Shown here: positions 55,857 through 63,245 of the stretch, piece by piece | Position numbering within the stretch: the stretch's first letter is position 1 | Layout of the letters: each line of letters begins with the position of its first letter | IMG/VR virus record: IMGVR_UViG_3300042453_003699 | Coordinates: 1-64,000 of that record | Length of the DNA: 64,000 nt | Reading direction: 5' to 3' (one strand) | From: a virus | Notes under the pieces: generated by a model | Databases searched by the model: none | The model's input: the letters and a program-made list of their open reading frames with translations, nothing else | Told to the model about the DNA's origin: nothing | Translations under genes and position numbers: made by a program

Positions 55857-56199
55857 CGCCCGTCTTTCCACTTTTTGCTTTCTTTTGTGACGGAAGAGGG
55901 CGCTCAAATACATGGTAAAGCTGATCGGGGTATTCCCCGACTTTGGTGCTACCCAAGTAACGAAGCCCAGCGGAGTGAACGATTTCACCTGTTCTGAAAA
56001 TGTGGAATATCCGCTCTCGGTATGGGGAGTGATCCGCGCACTCAAGGCAAATCAGATACAGTATGAAGTTCCCCTCATAGCAGACGCTCTGAATACCAAT
56101 GACTTTAGTTAGGATTGGTAGAGCCACCTTGCATTCCGGTGGTTTCAACTCATAGACGCTGATGATCTGGTTGCCCTTGGTGAGCGTTTCTTTGACCAT
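55840..56199 (-). CDS. DUF7352-like phage protein
   Basis: 'VYEL....VALP....IQ...R.F.IF.TG......YLGS......LYHVFE'; start moved to 56199. Confidence 0.55.
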   Translation of the reverse strand: MVKETLTKGNQIISVYELKPPECKVALPILTKVIGIQSVCYEGNFILYLICLECADHSPYRERIFHIFRTGEIVHSAGLRYLGSTKVGEYPDQLYHVFERPLPSQKKAKSGKTGVKGIF

Positions 56200-56213
56200 A
56201 CCCAAGGAGCATA

Positions 56214-56684
56214 TTACTCTGCTAACCTTTTTAGCCAGTTTTTGTAGGAGTTTGTTACCTTTTTCACATACGCACGAATATGCGAGTTGTTGGTGCAAGC
56301 CGAAACCTTCACCGCGAATCCCGCGTTGTGGCAACAAATGATCTGCTCGGGGTCGTCGAAACGCTCCGCGCATTTCTTCAGATGCAGAACCCCTAGCCGT
56401 GTGTTCACGGAGGGGTTCATGAGTTCTTCTACCGTTCCTTTGAATCCCATCGACCGAGCGGTCGGGTAAAATAGTTGAAACAACCCTACGCTATAGGTCT
56501 TGAATTTCGGCTCGTATCTTAAAGCCTTGTGGTTGAAATTGCTCTCTACCTCCGCTACTGCCAAAACCAGAGCGGGTTCTAAACCATGAGCCTGAGCCGT
56601 TTTTTTAATCTCATCGTGGGTTTTGCTCTCTTGTGCAAAGACAGCGGAACTCACGAGGAGTAGTAAGATGGGTGTAAATTTCAT
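56214..56684 (-). CDS. Lytic transglycosylase (SLT) with signal peptide; candidate endolysin
   Basis: 'AVAEVESNFN', 'SVGLFQL', 'HNAG', 'YVKKV'; 'MKFTPILLLLVSSAVFA'. Confidence 0.9.
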   Translation of the reverse strand: MKFTPILLLLVSSAVFAQESKTHDEIKKTAQAHGLEPALVLAVAEVESNFNHKALRYEPKFKTYSVGLFQLFYPTARSMGFKGTVEELMNPSVNTRLGVLHLKKCAERFDDPEQIICCHNAGFAVKVSACTNNSHIRAYVKKVTNSYKNWLKRLAE

Positions 56685-56939
56685 TCAGTTGAGGCGAGTG
56701 GAGATTCCAGCCGCCAAGTCGAATCCGCTGAGGATGTCTTGGTTGAACTGGATCTTGCTCGCTTGTTTAAGGCGATCGTTCTCTCGATTGAGGCGTTCCA
56801 CCCTCTCGACAAGATCGCCCTGCATTGCGATGATCCTTTGCATATCGCGCAGTCTCTCAGAGAGATGAATGTTCTCTGCTCGCAGAGTCTCATTCGCCAT
56901 CTCAAGCTCGTCAATGCGTTTCGTGTAATCGGGTCTCAT
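56685..56939 (-). CDS. Small coiled-coil protein
   Basis: AGGAGG RBS; heptads. Confidence 0.6.
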   Translation of the reverse strand: MRPDYTKRIDELEMANETLRAENIHLSERLRDMQRIIAMQGDLVERVERLNRENDRLKQASKIQFNQDILSGFDLAAGISTRLN

Positions 56940-57009
56940 ATTCCTCCTGATTTTAGCTCCGACTATCTTAGTCAGAGAATGTTACCTATTGTGGTTTAAT
57001 CTTGCAAAT

Positions 57010-57037
57010 AAAAACGCCGAGGTTGCCCTCGGCGTTT
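57010..57037 (-). terminator. Intrinsic terminator
   Basis: AAACGCCGAGG-TTGC-CCTCGGCGTTT with a T tract on the minus strand. Confidence 0.8.
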
Positions 57038-57059
57038 AGTAAAAACTAACTGATAGATT

Positions 57060-57335
57060 TTAGCCAGTTACGCCGTGCGTAATGCTGACAACTCCCAAAT
57101 CGGAGAAAGTCTTGAGGGCACCGATAGATGCGGAGAGGAGAACTTCTCCGGTTTCTTCGACGAGAAGGTCGTCGCCGGGATTGAGGTAGAAGTCCTGTCC
57201 AAGATATTCAAGAGTGCCTACATGGTCTAAACGACGACCAATGTCTCCAAGGTAGATAGCTCCGACGGTATCACCGACGGCAAAACCACCGCCAGCGGTG
57301 GAAACAGTTCCATTGTGTACAAGACGAGTTTTCAT
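57060..57335 (-). CDS. Small putative virion protein (paralog of 2844-3116)
   Basis: 'YLGDIGRR...LGQDFYL.PG...TGEVLLS'; AGGAG RBS. Confidence 0.65.
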   Translation of the reverse strand: MKTRLVHNGTVSTAGGGFAVGDTVGAIYLGDIGRRLDHVGTLEYLGQDFYLNPGDDLLVEETGEVLLSASIGALKTFSDLGVVSITHGVTG

Positions 57336-57369
57336 TCTGTTCTCCTGTTAGATGCGAGGTATTAGTCCT

Positions 57370-57834
57370 CTATTTGAAGATCCAACTTAGAGCTTTAGTC
57401 AAACTATTCTCGACTTCTGGCTCCAAGGTGTGCGGGGGTTCAAACGCTACCCCCACAACGAAAGTTAAGGTTACATTCTTCAGTTCGCTCATTTTCTTGG
57501 GTACTCCCCAGTAGTCCTCAAGCCATGCGGTCAGCTCAAAGTCCGTGAGCTTTCTGATTACTGAGTGAAGTTCCGAGTCGAGCTTCTTCTTGTTGGATTG
57601 ACTGAAAAACAACTCCTCGAAGGCTTCGCTGAGGTTTTCATCATCCAGATGAGAGTCCGTATAGTACATCGCCTCGGCATCGAGTTCGGCGGAATGTTTG
57701 GTCATATCGCCTAGATTGACCTTGATTTCATACAGGATTTTACCCCGTTCCTGATCTTTCTTTTGGGTACTGGTTTGGAAAGAAGCCCAACGCAAGGCTA
57801 CCCTATCCGCAGTTTTCATCCGAACGCGCCTCAT
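57370..57834 (-). CDS. Hypothetical protein with 'ADRVALRWA' tag
   Basis: N-terminal tag; acidic body; start may be 57819. Confidence 0.55.
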   Translation of the reverse strand: MRRVRMKTADRVALRWASFQTSTQKKDQERGKILYEIKVNLGDMTKHSAELDAEAMYYTDSHLDDENLSEAFEELFFSQSNKKKLDSELHSVIRKLTDFELTAWLEDYWGVPKKMSELKNVTLTFVVGVAFEPPHTLEPEVENSLTKALSWIFK

Positions 57835-57861
57835 CCTCTATTATTTTATTAGGTAAATAGG

Positions 57862-60468
57862 ATGTTATTCAAAGAACTAGGGCTAACCGCCCAAACAGAC
57901 GCTACGGGTTCGGATCTTTTCGGGTTTTCGGTCTCATTGAACGAGATCGGGGATCTTTTTGCAGTAGGGGCTCCGGCTCATCAATCCAATGTCGGCGCTG
58001 TCTACTTGTTTCGCCGAAACCACGACGGTTCGAGAACTCAAATACAGAAGATTACGCCCTCCGACTCTCCGGCAGGAGGAAAGTTTGGTTCCTCTGTAGC
58101 TATTTCAGCGGGGGTTCTGGCAGTCGGGTCTCCCAATGTCACTGGGGTCTCCGGCAGAACCGATCATGGGGCGGTTTATCTTTACTTCTGGGACGGCTCT
58201 TCTTTTTCCAGTGAACAGAAGATCATTCCAACGGGGGGTCAAACCCCGTCATCGGGCTCCTTGAACAATACCTACTTTGGACATTCCGTTAGTCTTTCAA
58301 CCGATGGGAATTATTTGGCGGTGGGAAACAACGCCTCAAACGAGGAGGGTTGCCTAGTTTACGCCTATCAAAAAACAGGCGCTTCGTTCGCACTTGCGTC
58401 GGTCTTGTCTAATCCAAGGTCTGGCGCGTATGTTTCAAAGTTTGGTAAAGCGGTGTGTTTAGATGAGCGAGGAACCACTCTCGTATGTGGCGCTCCTATG
58501 CTCGCGTCCTCGGATAATCTTTCCGTAAAAATGGGCGGGGCTTTTACCTATGTCCGAAGAACAGCGTCATTCAACCTGATGGACAGTATTTACTTCCCAT
58601 CGACTGGAATCGCTTTTTCGGAATTCGGAGCCTCCGTATCAGTGAGCCAGAGAGGTAGTATTTTTACTTTTGGAGTTCCGGCTTACAACAACCAACAAGG
58701 CGCTGTCGCCCTACTGTTGTCTTCAGCTCCTACATTTTCAATGAATCTCAGTCAGCCTGTTGTTTTTGAAAACCACGGATTTTTGATTGAGCCTACAGTG
58801 GGCACTGGGTCTAACCTCAGATTCGGTTCAGCGCACTCCTTGGATAAGCGAGGAGGTCGTCTTTTAGTTGGCATGGACGGTTCCGCAGACACCGTGGGAA
58901 AAACTTGGGTTTTTGAGATTTTTGCTGACCTTGGGTATAAAAATTTCAGCTCAGGTCAAGCATTTGAACAAGTTTTTGAATGGAACCCGCCATCTATCAC
59001 TCAATCTGGTCAAAAATACGGGCAGTCTGTCGCTATGTCGAGCGATGGGTTGGTGACCTTGGCGGGAGCGCCTTATCACAATTCAAACGGATCGGTGTTG
59101 AGTTACAAGTCAAGGCTCAACTGTTCCTTGGTCGTTCAGGACATCGCTCACAATTTCTACTCAGAGCTTGAGGTAGACACAGGAATTGACTTGTCCTCTT
59201 ACGACACCCCATTCAATGCCATACCTCCTGTCAGCAAGGTTGCCCAAAAGATGGTGAACACTGTCACCTATACGGGTCGCTTGGATCTGATTCTGGAGAA
59301 GACTGGATCTCCTTCGGGTAATTTGAGTTTTCAGTTTGTGTTTGGAGATGCGGTTGGACCTTATTCCGATCCTTCAGCGGTGATAGCCTCTTCCTCGAAT
59401 CTTGCGATCAGTTCAGTGTCCTCGCTAGGAACTTATTCTCTGGATGTCCCGAACAAGCTCATCCAAGAAAACGATCAGGTGTGGATTGTTTTGGAGTTTG
59501 ATTCGACCTATCTTTCTTCCGCCGATGCTTCAAACTATGCGACCCTTTACGGAATCAACGGGACCTTCCCTGAGTTTAGGTCTTACAATGGGTCTTGGTC
59601 TACAGTCCCTAGCTTCGGTCTTTGCTACAAGCCCGTATCCACATACGCAGTCGGTCGGAGTGAATACGGGTATTTGAGTGTTCCTCCATTTGACATCAAC
59701 AACTCCCTCGTTACGGCAAAAGGCGCACCCTATTCAGTAAACGGAGGCGAGAAGATCATGCTCGAAAAGAACGGGTTTCTAAAACAAACCTTGTATCTGC
59801 CTACTCCCGCCGTAGCGGGTCAGCTTACTCAAGCCGAGCTGATTAGTTTCCTGAACGCGAACTTGGATGCTCGGTTTAACTGTACCGCTCAAGCCGCAAC
59901 TGTGGGGGGCAAGGATGTCGTAGTGATTAGAAACAACGACCTTTTCACTAACTACTACGGCGCTGTAGAAGCCCAAGGCTTCATCCGTGCCGACACGGAG
60001 TGGGATCTGGCTTCAAATGGTACGAATCCCGCCGACGATGCTTTAGCTTTTACGAACGGGGCGAACATCTGGCTTTTCAAACCGGATCTCATGGAGAACT
60101 TTGGGATCACAAAAACGACAGTCGCGTCGGACTGGCACGATTGGCATGAGACGATACATAAACCCCTTCAGAGTTTCTATTTCAGCAACTCCGATGTGGG
60201 GGGACCGCAGGTCTATTTCAGACCAAAAGTATTCATCTTCCCGATGGGACCGCTCGCGGTGAATTGGAGCTTGAGAGAGCTATACGCTTTCGTAGTCAAT
60301 AACTTCGTTCTGAACCCAACCCAGAAGAAGGTCTTGGATATGAATGGCAACTACGCGCCCGCGAGCTTGTCCGCTCTCACGGATCAGACCTATATCAATT
60401 TAGTCCTACTGTTTCAGTACGATAGCGCAAATGACCAACAGTACATAGGGGCTTACTGGTATCGCTAA
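57862..60468 (+). CDS. FG-GAP (integrin-alpha-like) beta-propeller protein, putative virion adhesin
   Basis: About 7 repeats of 'FG.SV.....L.VGAP....GAVY.F' followed by beta-sandwich modules. Confidence 0.8.
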   Translation: MLFKELGLTAQTDATGSDLFGFSVSLNEIGDLFAVGAPAHQSNVGAVYLFRRNHDGSRTQIQKITPSDSPAGGKFGSSVAISAGVLAVGSPNVTGVSGRTDHGAVYLYFWDGSSFSSEQKIIPTGGQTPSSGSLNNTYFGHSVSLSTDGNYLAVGNNASNEEGCLVYAYQKTGASFALASVLSNPRSGAYVSKFGKAVCLDERGTTLVCGAPMLASSDNLSVKMGGAFTYVRRTASFNLMDSIYFPSTGIAFSEFGASVSVSQRGSIFTFGVPAYNNQQGAVALLLSSAPTFSMNLSQPVVFENHGFLIEPTVGTGSNLRFGSAHSLDKRGGRLLVGMDGSADTVGKTWVFEIFADLGYKNFSSGQAFEQVFEWNPPSITQSGQKYGQSVAMSSDGLVTLAGAPYHNSNGSVLSYKSRLNCSLVVQDIAHNFYSELEVDTGIDLSSYDTPFNAIPPVSKVAQKMVNTVTYTGRLDLILEKTGSPSGNLSFQFVFGDAVGPYSDPSAVIASSSNLAISSVSSLGTYSLDVPNKLIQENDQVWIVLEFDSTYLSSADASNYATLYGINGTFPEFRSYNGSWSTVPSFGLCYKPVSTYAVGRSEYGYLSVPPFDINNSLVTAKGAPYSVNGGEKIMLEKNGFLKQTLYLPTPAVAGQLTQAELISFLNANLDARFNCTAQAATVGGKDVVVIRNNDLFTNYYGAVEAQGFIRADTEWDLASNGTNPADDALAFTNGANIWLFKPDLMENFGITKTTVASDWHDWHETIHKPLQSFYFSNSDVGGPQVYFRPKVFIFPMGPLAVNWSLRELYAFVVNNFVLNPTQKKVLDMNGNYAPASLSALTDQTYINLVLLFQYDSANDQQYIGAYWYR

Positions 60469-60510
60469 ATTTTTGTTGCTTTCCGCCGAAAAGGGTGGAA
60501 CAACTTTCTT

Positions 60511-60753
60511 GTGTGGTGGTCAGATCATTCTCACTTCGTAACAAACCTCGCGGGTTCGCTCGCATCCAAAGAAGAAACCGTTCTTATGGCACGGCGCGTC
60601 AACGATCAGTGGGAATATGCTGTGGTTTTGTTGGATCACCCGAAACAAACCGCCCTGTTACTGAAAACCGTACAGGGCAATGTTAGTATGGGATACGCTG
60701 AGACATCCGTTATGACAGGATCTTGGAGCCGCATCCCGCACTCCTCTTCTTAA
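60511..60753 (+). CDS. Small hypothetical protein
   Basis: Fills the gap after a TTCCGCCGAA box; start uncertain. Confidence 0.35.
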   Translation: MWWSDHSHFVTNLAGSLASKEETVLMARRVNDQWEYAVVLLDHPKQTALLLKTVQGNVSMGYAETSVMTGSWSRIPHSSS

Positions 60754-60849
60754 TCAAGGAGGACTGCGCGTGTAGCCGACAACTGAGTTTAGAAGTTTCC
60801 TGAAATCAACGACCAGAGCCTCGCTCTGGAAAAATGAGGTGTCTTTGTA

Positions 60850-61269
60850 ATGCAAACTACTGTTTATGTTTCTAATCTTCCCTACTCCGCCACAGACGCG
60901 GATCTCCAAACCTATTTCAGCGTCTTTGGAGCCATCAAGACCATCAAAATGCTAACCGATAGGGAGACAGGTCGCCCTCGCGGTATCGCCTTTGTTGAGT
61001 ATCTTGATGAAGCCACGGCTACGAACGCGATTGAAGGTACGGACAAGCGGGATTTCATGGGTCGCGCTTTGAATGTTTCTCTTGCTCGTCCAAAAGGACA
61101 AAAGCCTGAGCGCACTATTCGCGAGGCTCGCGCCCCGCGTGAGTATTCTCAGGATAACTACCGTGAGTATTCACAGCCGGAAATGTCTTGGCACGATCCG
61201 AACTTCGACAGTTACAATAAGCGCGATCGTCGTGATCGTCGCGATAATCGTCGTAAGTACGATCGCTGA
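60850..61269 (+). CDS. RRM RNA-binding protein with R/D-rich tail
   Basis: RNP2 'VYVSNL', RNP1 'RGIAFVEY', 'DRETG', 'GRALNVSLA'. Confidence 0.92.
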   Translation: MQTTVYVSNLPYSATDADLQTYFSVFGAIKTIKMLTDRETGRPRGIAFVEYLDEATATNAIEGTDKRDFMGRALNVSLARPKGQKPERTIREARAPREYSQDNYREYSQPEMSWHDPNFDSYNKRDRRDRRDNRRKYDR

Positions 61270-61361
61270 TTTTATTGGGGTTCCGAGTAGGCAGGAGCAA
61301 GGGTCTACACCGTCCAGTGGGTTAAAAACCCAGAAGCCAATGGTGAACCTGCCCCATCAAA

Positions 61362-61709
61362 TCAACCGTCTGCATCTGTGTCTATCTTGTATCCACGAGA
61401 CATCCACGGCTCCGGCTTGATGTTTCGGAACCAATCAGAAACGGTCGGCACTCTTCCGCCACAGTCCTCTTTGATGTGTTGCTCGCAGATGTAGCGCACA
61501 GGAATCTGCTTACCGTCCGCGTTCGTGATGGTCAGACCGAACACTCGTTCAGCCTCAAAGATTCCTTGAGAGTGGTGTCGTAAGGCGCGATGCCTAAAGT
61601 CACAAAATGTTTCCTTGGTCGAGTCAAGCCATTGGTGAATAGGGGTGTAATCTTCCGCTTTACCGCCGAAGATTTTGGCTGATGTTTCCGAATGATGGCA
61701 GGGGTGCAT
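61362..61709 (-). CDS. DUF6915-like protein
   Basis: 'HP.HH...S...FGG...DY..IH.W.D...HRALRHH..GI...EQHI.ED'. Confidence 0.75.
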   Translation of the reverse strand: MHPCHHSETSAKIFGGKAEDYTPIHQWLDSTKETFCDFRHRALRHHSQGIFEAERVFGLTITNADGKQIPVRYICEQHIKEDCGGRVPTVSDWFRNIKPEPWMSRGYKIDTDADG

Positions 61710-61710
61710 A

Positions 61711-62154
61711 TCAAAACTCCTCCGAGTGTGTTTCAACGGTCGTGATCCGTTGGTTGTGTTCGAGGCTTACCTTGCCTGTATCGGGGTCAATCGTTATTTC
61801 TCCGTAACCCCCGTCGTTGTTGACCCAATCAAAACCCGCTTTTTCCAGAACTTCGTAGCAGAAGTCTCGGATGATCTCTTCCAGTTCCATGTCCTCTGTT
61901 TTTTCTTTTTCGATCCATGTGCCCTTCGAGAAAGCACCTTTCTTGGAAGTCCACTTAATCTTGATCCCGTCGATGTTGATTTTTTTCAGTTCGGGTTTAC
62001 TGCCAAGTTTCTTTTTGACTTTGGTGATGTCACAAGAACCGTAAGCCTGAACCTCGGTGATTTGACCGTCATCTCCTGATCCGTCATAGGTCACGACTAC
62101 AGACCCGACATTGTTTTGTTTCAGTGCGTCCATCAATTCCTGTTTGTTTTTCAT
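61711..62154 (-). CDS. DUF6878-like protein
   Basis: 'YDGSGDDGQI' and 'WVNNDGGYG'. Confidence 0.75.
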   Translation of the reverse strand: MKNKQELMDALKQNNVGSVVVTYDGSGDDGQITEVQAYGSCDITKVKKKLGSKPELKKINIDGIKIKWTSKKGAFSKGTWIEKEKTEDMELEEIIRDFCYEVLEKAGFDWVNNDGGYGEITIDPDTGKVSLEHNQRITTVETHSEEF

Positions 62155-63122
62155 GCTACCTCCTGATCTCTCACCCGACCCGCTTTCGCATTCTTGGTCA
62201 TGTCGTCCTTGAGCTTTTGAAGCGTACAGCTTTGTGGGGACAGGTCATCGCGTAGCCGATGAAATGTCGGGTGTCGCAGTCGAGAGGATTGCATCTCTTG
62301 AGCAAACACATCGACTACCCTGCCGATAAACGCTTGCGGGTTTTGTGAAATCTCCTTGCGGAGTTTGTCGTTGAACCCACTGGCGAACCCAACCTCGATC
62401 AGTTTACCCGCCTCGTAAACAGACAGGGCAAGGGAGCCGATCTGACCTTGCGAGTATTTACCCTTGCCTTCTTTGAAGCCGGAGATCACGCACGATACAT
62501 CGAAAGCCTTTTTGACTTTCGCCCAACCGCGTCCGTAAGGCGAGTCAATGCGCTTGACCACGATACCCTCACCACCTTCCGCTACAACCTTCTCAAAATA
62601 CTTTTGAAGATTGCCCTGCACGGCTTGAACGACTTTGATGTGCGGGTTGTTGAGCTTGGCTACGACATCCTTGAGAAGTTTGCGTCGTTCCATGTACGGC
62701 ACACTGCGAACATCGCGACCGCATAGCATGATGATGTCGAACGCATAGTAGTAGAGATTGCCCTGCTCCCTCTGCTTCTCAATCGCTCGCTCCGGCGAGC
62801 TGTTCATGATTGAGTTGGTCGAGAGGAAATTGCTCGCCGTGATCTCACCGTCGAGAACGGTTCCCTCCATGCCCGCGTAGTCGATGTTTGTCAGGTGAGG
62901 GACATTTCTGGAGCGGTCAACATACTTCTTGTCGCCCGTCGAAAGCCGTCTGGACAGAAGCGTGTGCCGTGTGGCGCGGTTTCGGTTGTAGGGGTCAAAC
63001 CCAAGATACAGGACATACCGCGACCCATCCAACTTCAACTCGCCCACATAGTTGGGGGACGAGAGGTCGTCTGGGGGGAGGTCTTCGCATCGAGCGGGTT
63101 CAATAGGGTCTAGCATATACAT
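62151..63122 (-). CDS. lig: ATP-dependent DNA ligase (adenylation + OB domains)
   Basis: 'ELKLDGSR', 'LDGE', 'FDII', 'EGIVVK', 'KVK', 'SGF', 'LRHPTF...R.D'. Confidence 0.92.
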   Translation of the reverse strand: MYMLDPIEPARCEDLPPDDLSSPNYVGELKLDGSRYVLYLGFDPYNRNRATRHTLLSRRLSTGDKKYVDRSRNVPHLTNIDYAGMEGTVLDGEITASNFLSTNSIMNSSPERAIEKQREQGNLYYYAFDIIMLCGRDVRSVPYMERRKLLKDVVAKLNNPHIKVVQAVQGNLQKYFEKVVAEGGEGIVVKRIDSPYGRGWAKVKKAFDVSCVISGFKEGKGKYSQGQIGSLALSVYEAGKLIEVGFASGFNDKLRKEISQNPQAFIGRVVDVFAQEMQSSRLRHPTFHRLRDDLSPQSCTLQKLKDDMTKNAKAGRVRDQEVA

Positions 63123-63191
63123 AAAAGGACTCCTTACTGGGTAAGACGATAGTTACCAATCGTCCGAAAAGCCCTATCATTTCAATCAGTT

Positions 63192-63245
63192 TTCGGCGGA
63201 ATTTCCGATGGACTTTGGGTATTCCCTTGTGTTATCATGGTTTTA
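63192..63245 (+). promoter_or_regulatory. TTCGGCGGAA box plus extended -10 promoter
   Basis: Box 63192-63201; TGT-TATCAT(63233-63238)-7 nt-ATG. Confidence 0.55.

Noticed and set aside
61276-61357. tRNA gene
   Set aside because: The 5' part loosely resembles a D-arm, but there is no GTTCRA T-loop or proper acceptor stem; kept only as a possible structured RNA.
8443-63201. TTCCGCCGAA copies as a CRISPR array
   Set aside because: The unit is only 10 bp, dispersed and in both orientations, with no spacer periodicity or cas genes.
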